From Bugula neritina (taxonomy: Eukaryota > Animalia > Bryozoa): a DNA stretch of 64,000 nt. The DNA is taken from assembly GCA_964035545.1 (NCBI GenBank), contig OZ037768.1, forward strand, positions 20,753,700-20,817,699, given 5' to 3'. The notes under the pieces were generated by a model. It was not told the DNA's origin. It saw nothing but the letters and a program-made list of their open reading frames with translations, and ran no database searches. Of this stretch, positions 12,666-24,149 are shown piece after piece. A program made the position numbers and the translations under genes. Every line of letters begins with the position of its first letter. Positions within the stretch are counted from its first letter, which is position 1.

Positions 12666-15600
12666 ATATGTCTGCATGCTGTCATCATTGGTCAGCCCAG
12701 TGTCATATATATTGATAGGCGCAGTCAGGTATCCAGCAAGTGAGTTTATTTCTTATCCTGATAATGTAAACACAGAATTTATAACTTTCAAAGAGCTTGT
12801 ATTTAAAGAGAAACCATACTTTTTGCAAGCAAAAGCAGATGTTTATTAAAGTAGGTTAACTAATGCTCGGCTATAGTCTCATATATAGTCATATGGTAAT
12901 CATTGAATATTTAATCTATAACACACAGAAATGTTTACATTAACTAAAAAGATGCATAGTTGTATAGCAAATTTATGTCTACAATTATCTAAATAATCCA
13001 AACCTTTTTATTATTATTATTATATTTTACAAAACTATAGCTGGCTTCAAAGATTATATGTACGTATAAATACCAAATACTGCTGTAGGATATTAAAAGG
13101 ACAAAAATATAATATTGAGGGATAGATTTTTGTGTTAGATAATTTTAGTTTTGCTAAAGGAAGAGCTATATGTGATATTACTATTTTTATCAAATTTTTC
13201 CACTTCACACTAAAGACAAATTATGTAATGTTTTGATGTGAAGAATTTAGTGCCTGCTTAATCTTGTGCTATACTGCATGTTTCCTGAAACTGGCTGAAT
13301 AGCCATGCTGTGAACAGCACATAACTTTCAACATGTAGCTATTCAGGGTTGCTGCACAGTAGCAATTTAGCTCTTCAAAGTAACAATCCGGCAAAATTAT
13401 CTAATTACAGATATTATAGTTCTAACTAGTCGTCTGCACAAAAACAGCCAATGAGGAAGTAGACGATGAGCCGGCAAAGTTAAATTTGTGTAAAATGAAA
13501 CAAATTCCTTGAAACCGAGTTTTTCTCTGACAAACATTGTTTTAAATTACAGCGAATCAGTTGCAGCTCAGCCCACGCTACAAAATACTTTTCTTATGAA
13601 TATACAACTACCCTGCACGGCATATTCATATGTTAAGAGAAGGTCAACATTATATTTAGCTAATTTGACATCATAAAACAGGTAACAGCTGTCACCTTCA
13701 GCAATTCCTCACCTTTTCTCATGACATTGAGTAGTAAACTTGTTTGAAGTTGGGTTGACTTACTGCTAGGGATATGTTTACAACCGCCATAAGCATTCCA
13801 CATTTATATTAGGGCAGAATGTTGCGAGGTAGTTCTGTTTGAAAAATTCATTGCAAACGATTTTATACTAGTGACATAGAAATATCTACTTTTATGCTTC
13901 AACATTTTGCAATGCAATTGCTTGCAGTCATGCTCATACCGATGAATTTGTGGTTGTGATCTGCATTCACTCATGGTTGTGGTTTCGAAGCTTGGAAACG
14001 TAATAAATGTTTGTTAATAAATAGAAATTTTACAAAATTTAGTAGTTTTCATTATTGAGAATAGAACTATATAACAAGAGGTCCATTTGTGATTGTAATC
14101 TGCATGCATAATTATTCACGCTATAGGTAGGTAGGCCTACATGAAATCTCACTTATAGAAAGCTAATTTTTTATGAAATCTGCAAAATATCTTGCAAAGC
14201 TAAACTTTCTACTACTGCTTTTGAAATTTCTGGATAACCTTGTTTTTATAAAGCCAAAAATTGCAGCAAATCATTTGGAAAAAATAATTGGACATTTAAA
14301 CTGCATTGATTTCAAATTGAGCTGCTAAAAGGAACATTCTTATTTTATGTCTATCAGCCAAAAATATGTTTGTTAATGTTTTCTAAATCAGCCACGAATT
14401 CTGACTGGTCACGATGAATGTTTCAATTTTTTGCTAGAATGCTATCTTTCTCAAGCTTTTATTACATTCTAAATCGTGTCATAAGTAATATAGACACTCT
14501 GTACTGCTCTTTAAAGCTTACAATCACTTGTGTATTTGAGCTAGTTTCATCTAAAAGTTGTTTACTATAATACCCTTTAATTATTATTAATATACTGCTT
14601 TAAAGTTATGTAATATCCTATCAGCTTACCTTACTGGATATATCAAATTACAATAAGTACCATTTTTAAAGCAATTAGGTTTACTCCAACTTGTTGGACT
14701 GATAGTACTAGAATGAGAGATTTGAGTCAATGTTGATTTTGTGTAATATAAATTATGTAACTCATTACGACATAAATAATATATTGTTATATCGATATTT
14801 TTTTATTATATATACCGAGCAGGCTTTTATTAAACCAAACTAAATGTCATTCTATGCAATATAATAGGCATGCTACTTTTATCACATATATAGGACTACG
14901 TGTATGCTAAGCTTAACTTTTCTTTATCTAATACTATTTTATTCAACATTCGATAGCAACATTTCATGTAAAGCATATTGGTACAAAATAATAGTCAAGA
15001 TCACAAGTTAGTTCTTATATATTCTTTTCAAAAAGTAGCTCTAATAAACAATGCATGTAATATACTGTAACTAGTGTAACATGCATAGTGATTTACATGA
15101 GTTACATAAGGGTTTCAGAACACTAAAATGTATACGTGATGTACATAAATAATACGTGAAACATACTCTAAACGTAGAGAAATAGTCAGGGCTAGATTAA
15201 TGAAAATTTGGATAACAAGTTGAAATATTTAAATTATATTTAATTATAGATTATTAGCTACCATCATGTCACTTGTCACTTCCCAGCTAATCTGCCATGC
15301 AGACATGACAGTTAGTGATTACCGGGCAATACAACAGCTGATTTCCTGTCAATATGGAGCTCTGAGTCATAGTTTTCTATTCACATAATAATATCATTAT
15401 TTAAAGTACCTGTCTAGAAACAGCTGTAGTGTATAATTAATATATCTAACCTATAACCAATATATGTATTGTATAATCATTAAAGGTTAAAGGTACATCA
15501 TTTCACTGAAAAACCATAAAATAATTACCATCTGACTAACTTAAACTTAGCACATGTATTTCTAGTTGTTGTAGAAAAATAGTCATGTTAGAATGGCAAT

Positions 15601-16672
15601 ATCACTAGTTGTCTGTTTCAATTATAAGACCAGAGTTCGGCATTGCTTAACACCACGGCTGCAATATAATTTTTAAAAAACTTAATCAAATCTCTTTGCT
15701 GTATTATATAAATAAAAGCATAATGTTGCATGTGTGACATGTACATGTATAAGTTAAATAGTTTTACGATAATTTATTTATATTTATTATATATATTATA
15801 TTTATTAAAAAGAGTTTTTAATATACAAATAGTAGTTACAGACCATAGCAATATAACAAACTGCAAAGGTATTTATGACTATTGTCAATGAACAACAACA
15901 TGGTATGCTATAATGTAATTTTTTATTACTTTAAAAACATTCATAACAACAACAATCAACAAGAGTAACAATAACAGATTTTGTCATACAACAAATAGCC
16001 TATTAGTTTTATAGTGGATACTTTTGGTAGGCTATAAATAACCAACATTATTTTACATGCATATATCATATGTATGCAATATATAGTAATTTAACATACC
16101 ATGTGTTGCATGTATATGATTCCTTCATAGCAGTATTAAATATTGAGTAGCAACAATAACAAACTTAACTAGCATCTTCTAAATGTCGCCAAACACTTTT
16201 CTATCCCCAACTTTGTTTTCAAGTATTTTGAATCAGAGAAAAAGCGTTTTAGAATAATCATAAAGCGAGTTATGTAAATAAAATTCAATTGAAGGTACTG
16301 TACTCTAAAAGTTAGTTTAATAGTTTTCTTCAAAAAGCGTTAATTTTTGTAATTAATTGCTGTTGATAATCAATGTAAATACTTTCGGCTGAACTAGTGT
16401 GTAATAACTCATACAGCACCACTGTTATGTTAATTACACAGACCTCTATTCCTCTATAAAATATGTTTATATTCAGTATAGTCTTATCACAGATACAGGA
16501 ACTTGATTTAATATTACAGCACAATTATATCAAAATAATCCATCTAATAAACTCTTCCTTTTATCCTTCTTAGAATATTAGGAAAAGCTCATCAAAACTG
16601 CATGGTATGCAGGATTCTGTTTGCTGTATGCTACTGTAGCTATTTGAGACGTCGCAGTGAAATACCCTGTCA

Positions 16673-19138
16673 TTAACTTCCCATACACAAGGTTTCACAT
16701 CTCTTTAACTTCCTAAAATATATGCATTACAATAGAAGAGGAAGCTAGGCACGAGACACCTTAACTTAATCCTGCTTATTACAATATTGTGCAATGTAAT
16801 GTATTATGCAATGTACAACAGATTGAAATGCTATTGGTTGGTTGCATGATGCTTCAGTTTTATTAAGAAGTGTAAATTTTTTATGAGAAAATTCAATGTT
16901 TTAAAACAAAGTAAATGAAGTATTTTTTTTCTCATTTTGTTTAACATTGAATCATTCTATAGTGCTTTTATTATATTTTTTCTTGTATTTATGACAGAAT
17001 AAATATACAACAACTGCACTAAATAAGCATCATAATTATGTTCAAAGTTGCGCTCAAGTTTTTACAGGTGTCTAAAACTGATGTTTGATTTTACTAAAGT
17101 TACCCACACTGCAAACTTTGATAGCTTTCAAATTTTATCAATTTTTTTTAATTTTATCTATGAATTTAGAATCAAAAATTCTACAGACGATATGTTTTAA
17201 ATATATTATATTTAAAACAATAGTGTTTTTTAAAATAAATAAAGAACTCACACTTTATGTTGAAAACATGCTAAGCTCATAAATAATATAATAAAGCCAT
17301 TTACCTGAAGCCTATGCCATCTCCTCTGCAGCCCACATACTGAGTGCACTTGTCAGTTTCAGTGTTATAAATATACCTGTACTCGGGCACCTTGCAGCTT
17401 GGGGGCCCTTTAGGAGGCTTTTTGTTACATTTCATAGGTTTGGGACTACCAAATGCAGCTGAGTTGCCACATTTCGTCTCGCATGCAAATTTGGTTCTGA
17501 AAAATAATTATAATAATAAAAATAATCAAAAATACTAATAAAACTAATAACAACAATAAATAGGATTAAATAAAAGTTGTAGCAATAATAATAAATCTTT
17601 TTTTTTTAATAATAATAAATGCAATAAAAATATTGAGCTATATATAAGAAATAAACTATAAAGCCTTATTTAAATAATAAAACATGTTTAAACTTCACAA
17701 CAACTTTCCAAACATTGTAGCAGGTAGAGCTACATATCATGTCTTTTTTCAAATAATTGTCATATAGTTGACTATTATTTCTGAATGCGTTGAAACTTAC
17801 TCGAACCGGTTGCTATTCCCTCCACACCCGCGATACCGGAACTTAACACATCTACCGTTCTTGTTGCCATAGAATTTACCTCCTTTGGAGTTGCATCTCC
17901 TACCAGCTTTAAGTGGTAATGCACAGACCCCTTGTGCAGGAGACACCACTTTGGGTGCCACCAGAAAGTTTTTAACAATCGGGAGAGGCTTAGCATCCTG
18001 ATAGAAGTCTAATACTTGAGCAACTGTAGATGGACATGCTTGTTCACACTCAGCTTGAGTCCTGCAAAGATATCAAGTCTATATTAGTGGACTAGTTCAC
18101 TAGTAGTAGTTATATGCTAAGACTTCTATATTTCAACTAAATATCTTAACTTGTTACAAATATTGGAGGCAAAAATAAATAAAATTATATGCTGCTTGGC
18201 ATTTTATGCACAATTAGAAAGCTTAAGATATTATAATATGCTGAATTTAGAGCAACTAGTCAGTAAAGATGTGCATATATAAAACAATGAGACTATAGGT
18301 GTGTCCTGTGCAAAGATAAATGTTATTAAAATGGTGCAATTTTAAAATTTTTTTTTCTGTTTATTGAATATAAAATGCAATGCCGGCTTAAACTCGCCAG
18401 CCTTAATCATTTTAAAGTTACAAAAAACTGTAGTAGAAAATTTTGAAGCAGGTATATTTGTTAGAATTTTCCAGCCACTAGCTGCTCAATGAATGTATTA
18501 TATTAAGCTACAGTTACGCAAGTAACTTACAAGAAGTTGTTTTCATTGCCACCACAGCCACTGAATGTAAAGGGGCCACAAGCACCAGCTAGACTACCCC
18601 ATCTGTCAAGAAACTGTGTGGGGCTGCCTTCTGGGCACGTCCCGGTAAGTAGACTTTGTTGACATTTTGGTACTGGGGCTGAAGGTACAGATGGAGGGCA
18701 TTTTTGCTCACACTCTTTCAGACTCCTAACATACCAGAGAATAAAATGTAAAATAAAATTTGAAGCTCTTTATATTTCAGTTTATTTGATGTACAATATG
18801 AGTATCAAGTGTCTTTATTGTTGCATTAAGTTAATGTTGATAGCGGACAAATAAAAATAAATTTGAGAATGAATTTCAAATATATTCTATAACAAAATGG
18901 TTGCAACATACTTTGAAGGTTAAAGTTAGACAATAAACTCTTACTTGAAGTTGTTAGCATTGGAGGCACATCCAGTGTAAATAAACGAAACGCAGCGGCC
19001 ATCTATGCTCCCCCATCTTCGCCAGAAGCCTATGCATTTCCCTTTGCTAATGGGCAGTTTACAAATATAGGAGTTGTCTTCTTTCGCCACAGCTAAGTTC
19101 AACAACAGAGTAGGAAACACAGCTATCCATATCATCAT
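16673..19138 (-). CDS. Secreted 4-domain Kunitz-type protein B, 293 aa
   Basis: Exons 18945-19138, 18531-18725, 17801-18061, 17305-17496, 16673-16712 (882 nt, all phase-2 GT-AG introns). Signal peptide MMIWIAVFPTLLLNLAVA. Domains: CKLPISKGKCIGFWRRW..., CQQSLLTGTCPEGSPTQFLDRW..., CALPLKAGRRCNSKGGKFY..., CNKKPPKGPPSCKVPEYRY.... Ends KLKRCETLCMGS*. Confidence 0.9.
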
Positions 19139-19193
19139 CTTACAGCTAATCTCAAGACGACGGCAACTGATGAAATAATGATCCTTTCAGCTG

Positions 19194-19201
19194 CTTTTAT
19201 A
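19194..19201 (-). promoter_or_regulatory. TATA box of Kunitz gene B
   Basis: TATAAAAG on the minus strand, ~56 nt upstream of the ATG at 19138. Confidence 0.55.
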
Positions 19202-20382
19202 CAAAAGATAATCCATCATTTAATAGCCCGTCCACGTGCCAAAACAGGAAATTAGTGGGAAGTACATGTCATATTGTCTTCTCTCGCCTGTCTTAACCAA
19301 GCATATTTTTTAGCTATTATTATACAGTAATAATAAAAAGATATTTTGTGGTGGCAAATTGCAGTATGGTTTTGGTTTTGTGATGGTGCGCTGTTAGCGA
19401 ATATCTACATGTTAGATAAATCCGAAGTTGCCTTACCTTGGTAGATAGCATGTACAGTGTGACATACACCATGTAATAGAAGAGAGTTTATATTGCTCAA
19501 AAAATGTTGTGTGTCAGAAAGGACAAAAGCTGTGTGTAGTAGGCACATATTTTATTTTGTATTCAATAAAAGCTTTTATTGCTATATTAAACACATGACT
19601 TGGGGAGGGGGAAATGAGTCATAATTTCTTCTTTCAATTACAAGCATATCTGCATTAATTCGTGAGCTATCTTACTTTTAATAGGATCTACAATATCTAC
19701 ATGATATTAGGTGAGCAGAGAGCTAGCCTTTAAGTTTTTATTGGAAAAGACAACTCTATATTTGAGTAGAATGTTGCATACAAGAGAGATAACTTTTTTG
19801 CTCCATCTTGAGGCAACATTCAAACAATCTTAAAACTGATTGGCTGAGCAATATTAAAAATTGTTTGCAGTGAATAGCTTTGATGTGAAGTTGAGAATTA
19901 TACATATATTGTGAAACACTAGCACACATATTAAAATGAATTGACCCTGGCTATAAGGATTTTAGTAAAAATAGTAAAATATATTCTTGTAAATGTTTAA
20001 CAAGCAAACTAAATATAAGATATTTCTTTAAAAGATCTCAACTCCTACAAAGTTCAGTGTGTATGTGGTGTGCTATGATTTTGGAATAACATTGGAAACA
20101 TATTCTTTTTCAAGAATCGGTTTGAAAAATTAGCCAATAATGCAAATGTTTACCTGTCTATAAATGCCATATTTTCAGGTAACAGCTGTGTTAGATGACT
20201 CTACAGTAGACATGGATACCTTTGACCAGTACTTACAATAATACCATTTGTCAACACTCCAATGCATGCATTACATTACACTGGGTGGGTTGCTTGTATA
20301 AGATTGGTTTACACTTGCAGGATAATTCTTTCTTCTAGAGATTACCCTGCGTGAAACAAAACACACAAAGTCATTGTACAAG

Positions 20383-23255
20383 ATGGCTGCTGTTCACATC
20401 ATGTTCACGGCTGTATTTATGGCTCTCAGCTTTGTTGGGGTTTCTGGTCAGGTCTTTCCCTGTAACCTGACGACAGAAGTTGGCATATGCAAGGCTCGGA
20501 TAACAAGATATGCTTATATTAACGGGAGATGCACACAATTCATCTATGGAGGTTGCCAAGGGAACGAAAACAACTTTGAGTAAGTTTTTTCATATATGGT
20601 GAGATTATTGTGTTGTGCTAAATCTACAAAATACTTGGCAATTTAATTCTTACCATTTCAGATCCAAAGAAGAATGTGAGAAGTCGTGTCCACCATCTAT
20701 CAGCACAACAACTCTTCCTGTTAAAGAGGAAACATGTAAACAGCCACTTGAGACAGGGCTGTGTAGAGCATTATTCACCAGATGGGGAAGTGAAGATGGA
20801 GCTTGCAGAGAGTTTGTATATGGAGGGTGTGGGGGCAATAACAATAACTTTCAGTAAGTTGAGTTGCAGATCATAAAAAAAAATCTGTGAAGCTGTGTTG
20901 GTTTTGCAGTTTTAATCATTTTAGTTAAAGCATCTTAAAGGAAACCAATTGAATAAAATATTTTATTGTTTTGTAATATAAAAGCTGATTATTGAATTCT
21001 GCACAGATCCAAAGAAGAATGTGAGAAGTCGTGTCCACCATTTATCAGCACAACACCCCCTCCTGTTAAAGAAGAAACATGTAAACAACCACTTGAGACA
21101 GGACAGTGTAGAGCATTATTCACTAGATGGGGAAATGAAGATGGAATATGCAGAGAGTTTGTATATGGAGGATGTGGAGGGAATAACAATAACTTTCAGT
21201 GAGTTGGGCTTCTATAGCTTTTATAGCCTTAAAAATTAAATGAAATCCGTGAAGTTATCTCAGGTTTACATCTGTGATTTTCTTAACTAAAATAATTCTC
21301 AAAATAATAAAAGAAACTTTATTAAATGCTTTTATTTATTCTTTTTAAATTCTGCACAGATCTAAAGAGGAATGTGAGAAGTCGTGTCCCCCATCTATCA
21401 ACACAACATCCAGTCCTCTCAAAGTAGACACTTGTGACCAGCCATTAGTCACAGGACGATGCAGAGCCAACTTTCAGAGATGGGGAAGTGAAAATGGAAC
21501 TTGTAGAATGTTTACATATGGAGGCTGTGGAGGAAATAACAATAGGTTCAGGTAAACTCGGCTTTTTTGAATAGGTTATTGCCTCATAGCTTTTTATTCT
21601 TTTTCAAAAGTAAGCAGGAGCTGTTATTAGATACATCTAAAAGATCGTGCCACTAGTAAGTTTCATTATTTTCCCATGGTTCATCCAATTGGCATAGAAA
21701 CTGTATTTATAGAAATTTTAGTTGCAGGAAGTTTAGGCATTGCCTAGTGCCTACAAGTATGAGAACCTAAATATTAATTGTAATGTAACATTTAGCTGCA
21801 AAAGTACCCTATCCGCAGCCATATGTGTAAAAACTTTTGCCCTTACTAAGATTCAAACCTCAAGTTTCTATCTTGCAAGCCAGCAAGCTAGCCATTACAC
21901 TAAAGAGGCTACTGGGAAATCTCCATACTACAATAAGTCAATTTAAGACGTATAGTAGGCGTTCCTAGCTTTTATAGCATACTAAATCTCTTGTAAGTTA
22001 TAATTAAATATTGAAACTGTCTTGCATGTATATTGCTACTACACATAATAGCTACACAACTACAGCTGTTTTATGAATAACAAACAGCTCCAAGAAGTCT
22101 TGCGAAGAAACATGTATTCCAACACAAAAGTGTGGGCCAATTTTACCACCCAAGACGAAGAAGTGCACAAAACAAAACAAACTGAAAACAGTGTTTGTCT
22201 TCAATCCAAAAACAAATCAGTGCAAAGGAAAATCTTCGTGCAAAGTTCATGAAAAGCAAGCTTTTAGGTATAACCATTATTATAATACAAAATATATCAG
22301 TATATCATATTATTATATCAAATATTTATATCATATCGTTGCTTCATATCTTTTTATCATATTGAGTAGTCTAGTGTTTTGCCCAACTTGGTGCAAATAC
22401 AACATAAATATAAAAGTAAAATTTGTATTCCTGCAGTTTGCTTATTTGACTCAAGGTAAGCTATGGCAGCCAGTGATAAACATTTTGACTACAATCTCTT
22501 TGAACAGCTCAGAAGAAGAATGCGAAAGAGTATGCATGCCAGAAGTAAAAGCAGTAAAATGTGGACCCATCATCTCTCCGCAGGCTAAGAACTGCAAGAA
22601 GAGTGACAAACTTCAGTCAGTGTTTGTCTTCAATCCTAAAACTAATCAGTGCAAAGAGAAATCTGCCTGCAAAGTTGATGAGAGACAAGCTTTTAGGTAG
22701 CACACATGATAATATGTTTTATCATATCATAATACAAATATCTTGTTTAAAACTATGTATTATGGAAAAACTGTAGATTATTAAGAGCTCCTTATGAAGT
22801 AAGGCCTTTGTACCTCTGATCTAAACTAGAAATTGTCTTCTCATACATCATGACTGAATTTCAAGTAGTTTTTTGAAGAAAGTATAACTTATAGTCATAG
22901 GATACCCATATTATTAAAAATAGTTATGATTTTCAACTAGAAAATGGCTCTATGTTATGTATATTTCCCTTTCATGCTGCTTGTGGCACAAGTATTCATA
23001 ACCATAGAGCTAATATTGTGCTACGAAATGTTAAGAATGAATTTACCAAGTTTTAAATTAACAAATAAAATAGTTATTATTATTATCCATTTCATTAAAA
23101 TTGTGAAATTATAGACTGTTTTATAAATATTATATAATGGATGAATATTATGTAATGATGCTGAAACACCTTCGATCTACCAGATGGTTGATAATTTCAG
23201 AACCAAGAAACAGTGTCAAAAGAAATGTGTCAGGAAATCTACAAAAAAGGAATAG
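20383..23255 (+). CDS. Secreted 6-domain Kunitz-type protein C, 398 aa (4 canonical and 2 divergent Lys-rich domains)
   Basis: Exons 20383-20579, 20662-20853, 21007-21198, 21360-21551, 22088-22267, 22508-22696, 23201-23255 (1197 nt, all phase-2 introns). Signal peptide MAAVHIMFTAVFMALSFVGVSG. Domain 1 GICKARITRYAY resembles BPTI GPCKARIIRYFY. Ends TKKQCQKKCVRKSTKKE*. Confidence 0.92.
21835..21908 (-). mobile_element. Degenerate copy of the same tRNA-derived SINE head, in an intron of Kunitz gene C
   Basis: The minus strand TAGTGTAATGGCTAGCTTGCTGGCTTGCAAGATAGAAACTTGAGGTTTGAATCTTAGTAAGGGCAAAAG aligns by eye with the 36712-36783 element (A box, GCTTGCAAG, decayed B box, GGGCAA). Confidence 0.55.
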
Positions 23256-23652
23256 CTTGACTCCCATGTTAAACTTCAAACAGATTCTGTAACAGTGAAC
23301 AGATCATTAGAATATGTTATGACCCAGTCTATCCGAGTATCCATTATTTACAATATATCTAATTAGCTTTGGTTCTACAACCTTCTCTATACATCATATA
23401 GAACATATGAACATCGCAAAGCAACTGTTCTACAAACAAGTCAAGGTAGACCACATCTGGCTACAATGTTTTTATTAAAAAGTATGCAATGTTTTTGTTA
23501 AAGATTTTGAGAAAAAAACAGCATTTATTTCACAACAATACATTTTTTGTTATATGTTCATATATTATTATTATTAATGAAATATAATATATTTCTGTAG
23601 AGTTTAGACTGATAGAAATGTCCTTTTTTGTTTCGTTGAGAAACAGCCTATT

Positions 23653-24149
23653 CAGTATAATACTAATTACAGTATAATACTAGCTAGACAGTATAATACT
23701 AACTATACAGTATACCACTAACTACAGTATAATACTAACTATACAGTATAATACTAGCTATACAGTATAATACTAGTTATACAGTATAATACTAACTATA
23801 CAGTATACTACTAACTATACAGTATAATACTAGCTATTCAGTATAATACTAACTATACAGTATACTACTAACTATACAGTATAATACTAACTATTCAGTA
23901 TAATACTAACTATACAGTATACCACTAACTACAGTATAATACTAACTATACAGTATAATACTAGCTATACAGTATAATACTAGTTATACAGTATAATACT
24001 AACTATACAGTATACTACTAACTATACAGTATAATACTAGCTATTCAGTATAATACTAACTATACAGTATACTACTAACTATACAGTATAATACTAACTA
24101 TTCAGTATAATACTAACTATACAGTATACCACTAACTACAGTATAATAA
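23653..24149. repeat. 19-bp minisatellite (CAGTATAATACTAACTATA) with a 207-bp higher-order period
   Basis: About 26 units. The 17-bp variant CAGTATACCACTAACTA recurs at 23708, 23915 and 24122. Confidence 0.95.
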
